From Giardia intestinalis (taxonomy: Eukaryota), in the NCBI GenBank assembly GCA_000002435.2, contig CM018793.1: 64,000 nucleotides of DNA. One strand, 5' to 3'. Both the position numbers and the translations under genes were made by a program. The notes beneath the pieces were generated by a model, which worked only from the letters and a program-made list of their open reading frames with translations, did not search any database and was not told the origin of the DNA. Positions within the stretch are counted from its first letter, which is position 1, and each line of letters starts with the position of its first letter. Positions 1 through 11,600 of the stretch are shown here, piece after piece.

Positions 1-33
1 TTATTTTCTCAGCGCCTTTAGGTTGTCTGGCGG

Positions 34-3000
34 ATGTCCGACTATGCCTCTCTCGCAAGTAAGGTCAGCTCTCAGGCGTTCGCTGCAGAAGCCTTTACCA
101 ATTCGCTCCTGAGCTCGTCGCCGATCCTTGAGGCCAGCTCTGGCAGGGTCTTCTCTTCCGAGGAGCTCCACCAGCTAGACGCGCATGTTGCAGACCTCCT
201 TTCCAATCTCGATAAGCTTGAGGCAGATTTGGTTACCAAGCAGATCCAAGAGTCCCGCAGTTTTCAGCAGTACAAGGTTAGCTTTTCCAGCCAAATAGAC
301 AAGTCTGCAAAGCAGATAAGCAAATTCAAGGCGCATGTCACAACCATCGAAACTCTAATTGGGGACCTTTCATCCCTCTCTCAAGCCGGGTCAGAAGCCG
401 TTCACATTTTGCGGAAAGCCAAGAACCTGCAGAAATCGGTATTTCTATTACAGCTTTTTAATGAGTTTATTATTGCCAGGCTTCTTGGTGGGGTCTCTTT
501 GCACTTTGAGTTTGCACCTGTCGCTAAGAGCGGAGCTGTTGTTATTGATCAGCTGGACTACGAGCACTTTCTGGCAGCAGGCACGCTCTACAAGACAATA
601 GGTGGCGCAGATCCGGAGATGCTGCTCACCAACACTTACTATTCGAAGGATCATTACTTTATTGATATGAACCCTTCTTTGCTTAAGCCAGGTTCTTTGG
701 CACCAGAGAACCTTAAGTACTCACCTTACGCACAGCCAAAATCAGGCGCCAAAGAAGACACTTTGGAGCACTTATTGTCCAAACAGAACAGGGTGATATC
801 CTCTCCCTATGAAGATAGTCCATATATCCCCCCAGCCTTTCGGTATCTACTGAACAACCCTTTCACTAGACACCAGATGCTTTTTATGCTTAAAGAGATG
901 ATTGCTGCATTTGATATGCACAGCCTGCTTTCTGTTCCACGTTTCGACTGTTTTGAAAATGTATCTTTCTCGTGGTCCCTGCTATCAGTTCCGGAACTGC
1001 GCTCCCAGCTCCCTACCCCACTCTCCTCTGAGCAACTCAACACTGCTACCGTTGAGACCGTCGCATTCATTAAGCGGCTATATGATTCAATTACATCCTT
1101 GCACTCCATAATACCCTATCCGCCAACCTCTTCAATGAGCCGACGTCTCAATGAGTTGGTAGAGGCAGCCAACACTCTCATATCTTATGGACCGGAGCAT
1201 ATTGCAGACAATGTACACACTATCTGCACTACTTATGCCATACATTTGGATGGCCGTACAGTTGAAGAGTCTGGAGATTCTCAGCAGGCAACTCAACTAC
1301 CCCCAGTCAAGTACTCTTTTGACCTGTATTGTCATCGGTATGGCCTTCTTTATGAGCTTTGCTGTGCCCTAGACTATCGTAAAAGGCCCGATTTGGCTAA
1401 AGCACGTCGAGTAATAGCTACCATGGATGTTCTCGGCATGTACTGCTATGACCTAGTTTATGAAGCTATTGCCTATGCTTGCATCAAAGCGGCGTCTCAT
1501 CTTCTCACACGCTTTGCGGATAGCCTCTTGTTACAAAGCCCCGAAGATGTTCCCGATATACTTTCGCAATTGTCGTTCTCCGAGGAGTCAGCATCAATAC
1601 CAGGGCCGAGTCCAGAAGACCCGCAGGACGATCCAGTTAGCTCGTCACCCGCCGCATCAAAAATTAACAACCCCTTTTCAGACTTGGTGGTAGCAGCACG
1701 CACAGTATTCCCGCCGCTCACAGAATACTTTACCGCTAGTTTCTGCATCTTGAAGGGCATGTTTCGCATCTGTTTCTTGACGCTTCCCAATCCTCATCCT
1801 ATGGTCATTCAGGTGGTCCAACTGGTTCTCCGCATAATGGTAGAAAGCATAACGGCTACTCTCGATACGATCGTGAAGGAATATGCCAATGATAAGGCTA
1901 AGGTAAGCCTCATTCTAGTACGAGTATACGTCATAATAAAGTGCCTAATGGAAGATTTGGTGCGGAAGATCACTGCCCTGAATATTACAGAGCTTCTACG
2001 TGGAGTAGACTTGTCAGGGCTCTCCTTTGAGGAATACCCCTTGATCTATGGGTACGACTTCCGCTTTTCATCCCTGGATGGGGCTAAGATGGCATTTACA
2101 GACTCCATCATGCAGAAGATACGTTCAAATATCGAGCTGCTAAGGGAAACAGAAAAGGCTTCATCAAACTCAATTGGGAGTATCAATCCGCAAATAGTCG
2201 CTTCCATATTTGCCCCGTTCGAGCAAAAGGCAGGAACAGCTTCCTTGGTATCCTCCCAAGTCTCTCGTTCTGCTGCTTCTCTTTCAGACCTCTCTTCTCA
2301 TACTGTTCCAGATGTCAATATGGTGCAGATAATGATGTACCCGATATCTGACATTCAAGCCACCAATCTGTATTCTTGGTCATACTATTTTGAGGCTGAT
2401 GAAGAATTTGACAATATTCCCTGGGCGTTTGGTGAATATTTTATCAATCATTATTTGAATTTCAATGCCAAAGTGCCTTCTCTTAACGAACTTACCTCTG
2501 AGATAGAAAGGAGGAAGGCACTTTACGAGCAAACGCAAGCGCTATACACACTACTTTGTGAAATTTGTAAAAACGCGTTGGCTAGGACAACAAGCGCAGC
2601 CCTTTTAGATGGAGAGTTCACCGCTAAGGCCCAAACAATAGTTTTAGATTTGGACACGATTGTTGCTCCTTCTATTGATCTTCCCTCATCGTTAGCGAGA
2701 CTTTCATCCCTTCTTAACGGTCTCAACAAATTCAAGGCCTCTGCCTTTGTAGAAGACATTCCTGGAAACTATTACCAGCCAATCAATAAGGCGGACTTTA
2801 AGTTTCATTGCTCGCTAAGCAATAACCTCGCCATGCAGCTTATTCCACAACTTCCTGCATTTATGAGCATAGAAGTGTTCATTAACAAGCCATCCAAGAC
2901 TGGATATGGTGGTTCTCGAGACGACATTTCCCTGCTCGAACTGCTCACTACTTATGAGCGAGTACAGAACTATATGCCCGACGCGCTTACCTCTTCGTCG

Positions 3001-5076
3001 AACAGAGAGCTAAGCCTTCTTGTTCATCAATTTCTCCCAGCCTACTACAGATCCAGTGCGCTAAAAGTGGTTCCCACATATGTACAGGTCACTGCACCCT
3101 GGCCTTTCACAGATCGTACGCTGGGAGAAGTCCAGATGCATGACGGTCAGCTCAAAGCAGCAACTGGTCCAGTGACACAGGTGAACAGAGATGGCGTCCA
3201 GAGCAAGGATGCACTTGACAGCATCATTGCGAAACTCTCTGTTAACTTCTTAGAGACTGCCGAGCATGCGATCAAGCTATTATTCCAAGATTACTTTATC
3301 CACGAAAGCATATACCTAGAGAACTACCTATCCGCGACTGTTATGCTGGAGCCTTTTAGGTCCCACCATGAGGCAATTGATACGTTAATCCTAAATACTT
3401 GCAGTAAGGGCCTTTCAAGCTCGTTGTTCTCTGAGCAGAGTCTCAGCGACCTTATTGCAAAGTACAAGGCTGTGATCTATAGAGCAAGATACATGTTCTT
3501 CAAGGACTTGTCACCGCCAGAAGCAGCGTCTCCCAGGCTTTCCTTTTACAGCTACAAGACCCAGACATTTCAGACTGTGCAGGCAACTCTGGTCAAGCGG
3601 ATTCTTGCCTTTCTTGTTGCAAAGATTGGATTGTGTGTTACGGGTTATGCATCCCTTTGCTTTTCTGCGTCTGCTGGGTATTTTCCTGAGGGTGCTGTCC
3701 AGGATAGCAGCTCTATGGAGATACACGACGTTAGGACGGCCACTTATAGAATCCTGCCCCTACTGATAACATCTCCTCCGGGGACTTATGCTGTCGAGCC
3801 CATCAGCAAGAATCCTAAGCTCAGGGCAGCGTGGAAGGAGTATGGAGAGTCCGTACTAGCCTTATATATGGGGGATGCTGCTTCCACTAACCCCTTCTCT
3901 CTCTCCCTATGCAGAGTGTCTGATTGTGGCACTCCTCTTTGCTTTGGAAATGCGTCCGTAGAATATTACAAAAAGAACTCGGGATACTCGATTAGCGATG
4001 TCAAGCCCATTTTACTAGCTGAGAAGAGGTTGGGGGAGGAGCACCCGGGGGATGTGGCCATGTCGAGATCGTTTGCAAGTGCCACCTCAGGCGTATTCAT
4101 ACCGCTGACTGACAACTTCTTCGATATAATCTCGGCCACAATGACAGGATTGCAAGAGATGAGCGATTTTCTGATCACAGACGTTCTTGCTTTTGAGCGA
4201 AATGAGGAGCTGGACCAGATCATTCACAGAGAGCTGAGGCGCTTCTACGCCTCTGTGGAGCTCGCACTCCATCGGCTCTCGAATCTATACGTTGAGCTTA
4301 CGTTGGCTGGCTGCCGCATAATTTACTGTAATTGCAAATCAAACAGCTATAGCGAAGCCGATATTGCACACGATTCTGATGCTACAAGCTCAAAGCTTGC
4401 ATGTATGAGCTATGAGGAGTTTTGCCAATGGGCAAGCTCAACTGGGACTTGTATGGTGAACAGTGCAGAGAGAATCCCGCTGCATGTTCGTTATATTTTT
4501 GGGCTCCTTACCAATCAGCTATCAGTCCTTGTGTCAACCTATGAGTTTAGGCCTCCCAGCTCACGTTTCTTCTCCAGTGCAGCTCCGCTTTGCAGGAACC
4601 TTCTTCCGCCACAATCAGCCAGTGCAATAGCATCCAAGATTTTGGCTGCCTTCCCGACCCTCTATCTTGCACACCTCTCTCGCTTCTGCTTCAAGGATAA
4701 TGATCCTCTCCTCGTCATCGCTGAGCTAAAGGTTCTGTCCGAACTGTACCACACCGTTCAAGTAATTGGGGTAGACTGTGCACCGGGAACGCGTCAGGAG
4801 ATCCAGCAAAGCAAGGATAAGCTCGATCTCATCAAGGCCGTGCTACTGGCTAACTCGTCTAACCTCTCTCAGGATGTTGCTGCAATGATCAGAAGATTGT
4901 ACTTACATAATCGGGGCGAAATGCTCCTTCTATTACAGATTTTAGCCCGGCGATTGACCTCAGGGCTGGGCTTCATCACGGCAGGGGAGCCGACACGGCG
5001 AGGCGACAGATTTAGAGAGTCTTCATTTGGGCGCGAATTTGACGTCCTTTGCAAAATACTTTATGAGGATAGATAG
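34..5076 (+). CDS. Large hypothetical protein (1680 aa). N-terminal ~150 aa is predicted coiled-coil/helical and is reminiscent of a vesicle-tethering (CATCHR-like) N-terminus. Function unknown.
   Basis: Long uninterrupted ORF starting at a true ATG at 34 with an in-frame stop upstream at 19-21. An AGTGAAT poly(A) motif overlaps the TAG stop. No recognisable catalytic motifs. Confidence 0.6.
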   Translation: MSDYASLASKVSSQAFAAEAFTNSLLSSSPILEASSGRVFSSEELHQLDAHVADLLSNLDKLEADLVTKQIQESRSFQQYKVSFSSQIDKSAKQISKFKAHVTTIETLIGDLSSLSQAGSEAVHILRKAKNLQKSVFLLQLFNEFIIARLLGGVSLHFEFAPVAKSGAVVIDQLDYEHFLAAGTLYKTIGGADPEMLLTNTYYSKDHYFIDMNPSLLKPGSLAPENLKYSPYAQPKSGAKEDTLEHLLSKQNRVISSPYEDSPYIPPAFRYLLNNPFTRHQMLFMLKEMIAAFDMHSLLSVPRFDCFENVSFSWSLLSVPELRSQLPTPLSSEQLNTATVETVAFIKRLYDSITSLHSIIPYPPTSSMSRRLNELVEAANTLISYGPEHIADNVHTICTTYAIHLDGRTVEESGDSQQATQLPPVKYSFDLYCHRYGLLYELCCALDYRKRPDLAKARRVIATMDVLGMYCYDLVYEAIAYACIKAASHLLTRFADSLLLQSPEDVPDILSQLSFSEESASIPGPSPEDPQDDPVSSSPAASKINNPFSDLVVAARTVFPPLTEYFTASFCILKGMFRICFLTLPNPHPMVIQVVQLVLRIMVESITATLDTIVKEYANDKAKVSLILVRVYVIIKCLMEDLVRKITALNITELLRGVDLSGLSFEEYPLIYGYDFRFSSLDGAKMAFTDSIMQKIRSNIELLRETEKASSNSIGSINPQIVASIFAPFEQKAGTASLVSSQVSRSAASLSDLSSHTVPDVNMVQIMMYPISDIQATNLYSWSYYFEADEEFDNIPWAFGEYFINHYLNFNAKVPSLNELTSEIERRKALYEQTQALYTLLCEICKNALARTTSAALLDGEFTAKAQTIVLDLDTIVAPSIDLPSSLARLSSLLNGLNKFKASAFVEDIPGNYYQPINKADFKFHCSLSNNLAMQLIPQLPAFMSIEVFINKPSKTGYGGSRDDISLLELLTTYERVQNYMPDALTSSSNRELSLLVHQFLPAYYRSSALKVVPTYVQVTAPWPFTDRTLGEVQMHDGQLKAATGPVTQVNRDGVQSKDALDSIIAKLSVNFLETAEHAIKLLFQDYFIHESIYLENYLSATVMLEPFRSHHEAIDTLILNTCSKGLSSSLFSEQSLSDLIAKYKAVIYRARYMFFKDLSPPEAASPRLSFYSYKTQTFQTVQATLVKRILAFLVAKIGLCVTGYASLCFSASAGYFPEGAVQDSSSMEIHDVRTATYRILPLLITSPPGTYAVEPISKNPKLRAAWKEYGESVLALYMGDAASTNPFSLSLCRVSDCGTPLCFGNASVEYYKKNSGYSISDVKPILLAEKRLGEEHPGDVAMSRSFASATSGVFIPLTDNFFDIISATMTGLQEMSDFLITDVLAFERNEELDQIIHRELRRFYASVELALHRLSNLYVELTLAGCRIIYCNCKSNSYSEADIAHDSDATSSKLACMSYEEFCQWASSTGTCMVNSAERIPLHVRYIFGLLTNQLSVLVSTYEFRPPSSRFFSSAAPLCRNLLPPQSASAIASKILAAFPTLYLAHLSRFCFKDNDPLLVIAELKVLSELYHTVQVIGVDCAPGTRQEIQQSKDKLDLIKAVLLANSSNLSQDVAAMIRRLYLHNRGEMLLLLQILARRLTSGLGFITAGEPTRRGDRFRESSFGREFDVLCKILYEDR

Positions 5077-5081
5077 TGAAT
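5075..5081 (+). terminator. AGTGAAT, a Giardia-type polyadenylation signal (AGTPuAAPy) overlapping the stop codon of the 1680-aa gene.
   Basis: Exact match to the AGTRAAY consensus, with the stop TAG at 5074-5076 embedded in tAGTGAAT. Confidence 0.5.
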
Positions 5082-5124
5082 TTAGTGGCTTTTAAGTCTC
5101 AAAGCGATAAAATATCTATCGTGA

Positions 5125-8100
5125 ATGAGGCCTTCAGTCTCTCATTATATTCCCCTTTTTGTAGCAGGCCCTGATAAGACTATCGCTATACAGCGGGGTC
5201 GGGGGGTCCCTGTTTTGATGGAAGCCTTTTCTTATGCAGACTTGACTGTTGCTAAGCGTCGACAACTTGCACGAAATCTCTATCATCTAATAGACTGCAA
5301 GCACCCTAGTTTACTAGTGTATTTGACTCTCATCAACGATAGATCTAGATGCAGTTACTCTTTAGTTTCAGAGGCAGCCACATTGCGTCCACTTTCAGAC
5401 GAGCTTTGTGTACAGACGTCTTTGCGAATATTTAGCACCACTCATAGCATCACTGCTTTCCTGATTGACCTTCTTGGAGCCGTTAAGTTTGTCTTCGATC
5501 GACATATGCACAAGGAAGCGATTAAGCTACTATGCCACTCAATTTCACTTGAGAACGTGTATCTTCAGGCGGATGGACACGCAAAACTAGCACTTCGTCC
5601 GTACTATGGCCGGAAGCAACCAAGACCTGCTACTCCTCCAGATCAATGGCCTTTGGACATCTATAAAAATCCCAGCCCAGAAACTATCGTTTTTCTGCTA
5701 GGGCAAATAGTCCTTAGATTGATACTGACAACCGATGACTTTACCGAATTCACTAAAGGGAGAGCATATTTATTGTCTCTCCATTGTAGAGCTAGATTTG
5801 GGGTGCATATCGTTGAGTTGGTTGAGCGAATGACTCGCACAGTAGCCAAAGAAAGGGTTACACTACGTTCCTTATTTGACGAGTACTGCACATCCGAGAT
5901 GAATCGAGTCGCAGACGTCTCTCGCGGCATATCTAGAACGTCTGAGTTAGGGATGACAGACTTGATGATTGCTGCAGGACTCGATGAATACCGAAGCATT
6001 TCTCTTTATCTTCCCTTTCAGCAGTTCTACACCGATAACCTAGGCCGCACAGCCTTGATGGTTGCACTCGAAAATCACGCCTACACGGCAGCTTACTATC
6101 TTCTTTCTGAAAGTGGCTACATACACAGGCTACCGAATGTGGACTATGGCGACCTTGACTACATTCCAACCAAGGCGGAGTTAGATGAGATAGCCGCTGC
6201 AGAAGCAGCGGAGCAAGAAGCAGCGGAACAAGCTGAGCGCCTTGCTGCAGAAAAGAAGGCTCGAGGGAAGAAGAAAAAGGTATCGCGGCCCAATACAGCT
6301 ATGGATGATGATGCCAAACCGCCGTCAAGAACAAGCAGCCGCTCGGGGGCTCGACCGGGCGGCTCAGACAAGGGTCAGGTTTCGGGAGAAAAGAAGAGCT
6401 CGGAAAGGCTTCGAGAAGAGCTCGAAGCCAAAAAGGCTGCTCGTCCACTTCCCTACGCAGGTGTTCGAGGATCTTTTATAACAACACAGTTGATGAAGGA
6501 ACACAAGCACGCTCTGTTCAGGGCTGCCATCCACTACGAGCGCCACCTTCTTCTGCAAGAGGGTTTTACAGAATTAATGATCGCAATTATGGCAGCAAGC
6601 TACAAAACCTTTCGACAGTATATGCACCAAACAAAGAGACAAGACATCAGGGGCTATACGGCATGTATGTACTCCGTTGAGGCCAATTGTCTTCCTATTG
6701 TTACCAGGCTAATAGAAGAAGAGAAAACCATAACGAATAATGATGGGAAAACTGCAGGCACTTTGGCACTAGAAATAGGAAACCAGCAAATTATTGATTT
6801 GTTGACGCGTTATGAGTCTTTGTTAGATCCAGATGGAAACACTCTTCTGCATCGTTCCGTTCTTAGCAATAGACCAGAAGACATATCAAAGTATCTCCAT
6901 CTGGCATCTACTTACAATAGCAATGATAAGACAGCGTTAATGCTGGCAGCTGAACGGGGATATGATAAATGCGTTGAGATGCTGCTTTCTGAAGCCAAGC
7001 TAACCACACAAACAGGACCTGATGTACTAGCAGGGTGGAAGGATATCACTGCTCTCATGCTCGCCGCGTGCAACGGGCATGCAACTTGTGTGAAGCTTTT
7101 GGAGGAAGAGGAAGCAGAGATGCGTGATTCTAATGGACAACATACGGCATTAATGGCAGCAGCTTTGACCAATAGGATCGAGGCAATAGCTATCCTGCTC
7201 AATAGAGAGGGAGGACTACAGAACCACCAAGGGTATACGGCACTTATGCTGGCCGCACAACACGAGAATGTTGAAGCATTGAATGCTTTAGTACACGTGG
7301 AAGCAGGAACGGTGGACAGGTCAGATAATACCGCTCTAATGCAGGCCGTGTTGACAGGAAAAACCGATGTTGCAAGGCACTTAATTGCTGCAGAGGCACA
7401 GGTTATACGAAAAGATGGAAACTTCGCGCTCCAACTAGCAATTGAGCAAAATCATCCTGACCTAGCTCGTGAGTTAATGGAACGAGAAGGGCATATTCTA
7501 TGTTCTATAGGATTTACGGATCTTATGACGAGCGCCTTCTTTGGAGACCTACGTGAATGTAGTCATCTATTAGACCAGGTTAGATGCAGAACAAACACGG
7601 GTATGACAGCTCTTATGATTGCTGCAAGGGCAGGGCACTTAGACGTTGTACAACTTCTTTCTGAGCACGAGATAGGACTATTTGACCAAAATGCAGTGAC
7701 GGCCGGATCTTATGCATACAGAAACGGTCACGAACCGATTTACTCCTTACTAGCAGAGCGGGAAGTAGTGGCGGATGAAGCCAAGAATACACTTCTTCAC
7801 AAAGCAGCAGAAGCAGGGGACATTTCATTAGTCAAACGTTACCATCATATGGTAGGACGGATTAACGGCCAGAACAAGACCGCGTGTCAGCTGGCCAAGA
7901 ACTTCAAGCACGAAGAGGTCGTAAGCTATTTAGAGCGGAAGGGTGACGCGGTTGATACGGACCAATCTACACTACTCCACTTGGCAGCTATTAAGAACAG
8001 TACAGACGAGGTTGGAAAGCTACTACACATGGCTGGCTGCTACAACAAAGCCGGAAGGACTGCTCTGATGGAAGCAGCAGAGAGGGACCATGCCGACATT

Positions 8101-8640
8101 GTAGAACTCCTACTACCCTACGAGGCTCACATCAGAGCAACAAAAGGATTTACTGTCGGGGGAGTTGAGTTTGCCCGGCCCACAGCCCTAATGATAGCAT
8201 CCCGTTCTGGGTCGGCTGCTGCCTGTGAAAAGCTAGTATCAACTGAGGCCAGACTTTTTACCCATGGGGCACGCCTCACTGCCCTGATGGCAGCTGCGCT
8301 TCAGGACAAGTTGGAATGCATTGGGGTGCTGCAGGGGGTAGAACAAAGAATGGTTAATTACTCAGGAAGGACAGCTCTCATGTTGGCTGCTAAAGCAGGA
8401 AAGGTCGCTGCTGTCAAGGCCCTTGCCGTGCACGAGCATGGCCTTGTAGATCTAGAAAGTAAGAATGCCGCCACGATAGCAAAGCTAGCTAAGAAGACAG
8501 ATTGTGTGGTAGCGCTTAAGCCTTATGAAAAGCCAGAAGCAAGATCGCGCCCACCTACGCATACAGAATGCAGGGATACAAACGACATTCAGCTCAACAA
8601 CGGGCCAAACGAGACCGAAGATGATGTAGTAGAGAAGTAA
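5125..8640 (+). CDS. Ankyrin-repeat protein of the Protein 21.1 type (1171 aa). N-terminal ~300 aa looks like a degenerate kinase-like (NEK pseudokinase-like) region. It is followed by a Glu/Ala-rich coiled segment and more than 15 ankyrin repeats.
   Basis: Many G-x-TALM-x-AA ankyrin motifs. The N-terminal segment ENVYLQADGHAKLALRPYYG / PETIVFLLGQIVLRLIL parallels HRDLKPENxxL...DFG / DIWSLGCIxxEM of the neighbouring NEK but lacks the catalytic residues. ATG has an AT-rich upstream (ataaaatatctatcgtgaATG). Confidence 0.75.
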   Translation: MRPSVSHYIPLFVAGPDKTIAIQRGRGVPVLMEAFSYADLTVAKRRQLARNLYHLIDCKHPSLLVYLTLINDRSRCSYSLVSEAATLRPLSDELCVQTSLRIFSTTHSITAFLIDLLGAVKFVFDRHMHKEAIKLLCHSISLENVYLQADGHAKLALRPYYGRKQPRPATPPDQWPLDIYKNPSPETIVFLLGQIVLRLILTTDDFTEFTKGRAYLLSLHCRARFGVHIVELVERMTRTVAKERVTLRSLFDEYCTSEMNRVADVSRGISRTSELGMTDLMIAAGLDEYRSISLYLPFQQFYTDNLGRTALMVALENHAYTAAYYLLSESGYIHRLPNVDYGDLDYIPTKAELDEIAAAEAAEQEAAEQAERLAAEKKARGKKKKVSRPNTAMDDDAKPPSRTSSRSGARPGGSDKGQVSGEKKSSERLREELEAKKAARPLPYAGVRGSFITTQLMKEHKHALFRAAIHYERHLLLQEGFTELMIAIMAASYKTFRQYMHQTKRQDIRGYTACMYSVEANCLPIVTRLIEEEKTITNNDGKTAGTLALEIGNQQIIDLLTRYESLLDPDGNTLLHRSVLSNRPEDISKYLHLASTYNSNDKTALMLAAERGYDKCVEMLLSEAKLTTQTGPDVLAGWKDITALMLAACNGHATCVKLLEEEEAEMRDSNGQHTALMAAALTNRIEAIAILLNREGGLQNHQGYTALMLAAQHENVEALNALVHVEAGTVDRSDNTALMQAVLTGKTDVARHLIAAEAQVIRKDGNFALQLAIEQNHPDLARELMEREGHILCSIGFTDLMTSAFFGDLRECSHLLDQVRCRTNTGMTALMIAARAGHLDVVQLLSEHEIGLFDQNAVTAGSYAYRNGHEPIYSLLAEREVVADEAKNTLLHKAAEAGDISLVKRYHHMVGRINGQNKTACQLAKNFKHEEVVSYLERKGDAVDTDQSTLLHLAAIKNSTDEVGKLLHMAGCYNKAGRTALMEAAERDHADIVELLLPYEAHIRATKGFTVGGVEFARPTALMIASRSGSAAACEKLVSTEARLFTHGARLTALMAAALQDKLECIGVLQGVEQRMVNYSGRTALMLAAKAGKVAAVKALAVHEHGLVDLESKNAATIAKLAKKTDCVVALKPYEKPEARSRPPTHTECRDTNDIQLNNGPNETEDDVVEK

Positions 8641-8646
8641 GTCACA

Positions 8647-8653
8647 GTTCACT
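8647..8653 (-). terminator. AGTGAAC poly(A) signal for the 8674..12834 minus-strand gene.
   Basis: The + strand gttcact gives AGTGAAC on the minus strand. It lies about 20 nt downstream of the TGA stop (8674-8676). Confidence 0.45.
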
Positions 8654-8673
8654 TAGTGACAGGGCCGCACCTA

Positions 8674-11600
8674 TCATCCTGCACAGAGGCTGTGCAGCTT
8701 TTGGAAGACAGAGCGGAAAGACGCGGGGCCGGTGGCGATAGAAGAAATGTATTGCAGTGCTGCCGCCATACGCGTCATTTGGTCGTGTCTAAGCACAGAT
8801 GATGAAACCCTATTGAGTCTTTCCATAAAGACCCGCTCCACGGTATAGAAGATGTGATCAAACAAGAGGGTGTCATAATTCATAATCCACTTAAAGTCCG
8901 GCCGCTCGCTTAGTACTCGGAGCGCTTTTATGCTAGAGACAAAGCTATTGTACCCTGCTGACACAGGAGACTGTGCTCCCAGCTGCACATGTTCAGGAGG
9001 CGCGTTCAGGTCTTCGTCAAATCCCTGACGGATATGAACCGAGACATAGAGCCTCCATTCTAATATAATAAAATGCACGATCTTCTTTATCGTAAGCTCG
9101 AATCGCGAATACCATACATGGTCTGATGAAGGTGGGACTGGTGTAAATTTCTTCAAATAATCATACACGAGGATACACCCTTGAAGACAGTACAAGGCGT
9201 GCTCAAGCATACCTCCATCAACAAGGACCGCAGTGGGTAGTTTTTCTAGAAGAGCATCCCCTTCAGATTGATTCTGACTACACTTAATAGAGGCTTGTTC
9301 TGGTTCCCTAAGATCTTCGCCAATACCCCCGTTGTGTCCATCGAGTGCAAAATTAAAACTAGCACGCTCTACTTCTGCATCAAGGATCTGCAGGCTGGAT
9401 GATTGTCTGCTATGCGTTCGTGTCTTGACAGGCCTCTCACAGCCCTCCATGGTTCTGCTTTGTCTAAACGGCGCAGTTATTGGGTTTAAGGTAAAAGAGT
9501 GTGCAGCAGAGGAACGTCTTGAGATGACTGATGAGCCCGGTGTGCTGCGTCCCACACCCACAAGAGTTGAGACCCCGTCCATGGTCTGCCTGGTGTCAAT
9601 AATTTCATCGAGAATGGCAAACGTCCCCAGACTGTAGAACGAGGACACACTGGCATACTGTTCGATCCCGTGCTGTCCCAGTGCCTTGTCCAGGCTTGCA
9701 ATTCTATCGCTGGTAATGGCTGCAGAACCAATATAATCATCCAGAAGAGCTTCATACCCGCTGACAGTAGAGCCTTCGATGGGAGAATTACCAGCAGGTG
9801 TGAAGAATAGAGCATAGCTATAGAGGGCTTTATAGTGTATGTGCAAGCGCATATAAATCATGTTCAAGAACGTGTTACAGATGGTGCTAAGAATTAGAGC
9901 AGAGTTCGCTTCATAGTACTTGCTTGACATCGATGAAAACGCCATCATATCATTAAGAAAACGCAGTGTATACTGTGCAAGCTTGTATGCGGTAAGTTCA
10001 GGTCTATCAGACATGACAGTTCTTTCATCACCCAGGAGAGCACGAGCCAAAGAGTAAGAAGATTCAACGCGCAGAAGTCCCGTAGTAGATGTAAAGGCGT
10101 CGGTAAGTTCAGACGGCGCCTCACAAGTAGAGTAACAGCTAACATCATCATCAGGCTGCTGTAAGCTGGTCAAAGAAGAGAGGACCCCCAACCCGTAGAC
10201 TCGAGAGTTGGTGGTGTAAAGTCCCAGCTCGAGATCCTGAAGGGAGACCAAAGCAAAGAGATTGTTGACATTGCTGTTTATGTACGAAGTATAATTGTCC
10301 AATAATCGTGAGAAAAACTGAGTAAATATTTCATCTATTGGATTGATCTCTATTACATTGGTGAGCATGACAGCGCAATGATAGAAAGAAAGAAGGTGAT
10401 TCTCAATTAGAAGCGCGTTCCAGTTATTGGGTTTGACGGAGCTCAGAGCCTTGGAAACCCCCGGAGACGATGAATAGAGCGATAGGGATCGAACCCATGA
10501 AAGGCTGAACAAAGAACTGGTCGCAGTATCCGTTAAAACTCGCCCATCCTGGTCAGAAGCAGATGATCCCGCAGCAGCGTACACACCATCGTGCCCGCCA
10601 ATGGTGAGCTTATCACCATGCGTTTGCTGATGCATCTGCGCAGACGACTTAGCGTAGCCAGAGCTCTTGATGACCATTGAGCAGTAGTAGGCCAAGCGAC
10701 GGATGGCTGCATCATAGAATGCGCCTAAAAACTGCTTGAGACTATCATTATATCCTATAAATGGATACCTGGCATCTAAAGCAAAGATGGTATTGATGAA
10801 CGGGAGCTGCTCATTAGCCTTTATGGATACCAATTTTCCGGCAGAGGCCGCGGAAGAAAAGGAGGCAGAAATGATCCGCTTCTGATTGGTGCTTGTAGAG
10901 AAGCTGGACATAAACATAGTGGGGTCAGAAAACCCGCCAGATGGAGAAGAATCCACGTCTGTATTTAGAAATTCCAAAGCAGACGATGGATTTGTCTCCG
11001 CCAGCATGAAGAAGAGAGTTTCAAGAATCTTCTTGAAGCTTACATGCTCAGGTTGAGCCGGCGAGCCAGGAGATTGCAGAGGAGGATGGGGAGGCATTAC
11101 AGGCACCGAAGAGATCGGGACCATGGCGTCTATGTTGAATGCAGATGGCTGGAGAATGGCCCTGCTTTTCGAAGGCTGCAATGTCTTTGCAAGAGATAGC
11201 CCTACCGGGGGAGATTGTTGATTGTCAAAAGGACTCGGTTGCTTCAGCGCTTGGAGATAGAAACTATAAGAAACAAGAAACGATCCATACAATAGCGTAG
11301 CATTTATCATGGAAAAATATACTCTTTGGAAGAAGCGTCTAGTCACCTTTGCAAAATCCTTAAGCGGATTTGTGTCTACTAATCTGAACTCTGGTACATG
11401 AACACCGCCAGACGAACTAAAAATGAGTCTTCTAAGCCTTAGTACATGATCTGCTCGATGGAGATCAAGTGCAGACGAGATGTAAGACATCTTGTCGGTG
11501 GAAAGGGTAGAACTTTGACCCTCATCCACAAAGCTGGATTCTTGCTCCGCTCTGTGGTACATCTCTATTAGCCGGGAATCCATGTTCTCAACCAGAAGCC

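Noticed and set aside
6159-6481. Short ORFs in both strands over the Glu/Ala-rich segment of the 5125..8640 gene.
   Set aside because: They are products of the GAA/GCA/GCG-rich coiled-coil coding tract. The + strand long ORF continues uninterrupted.
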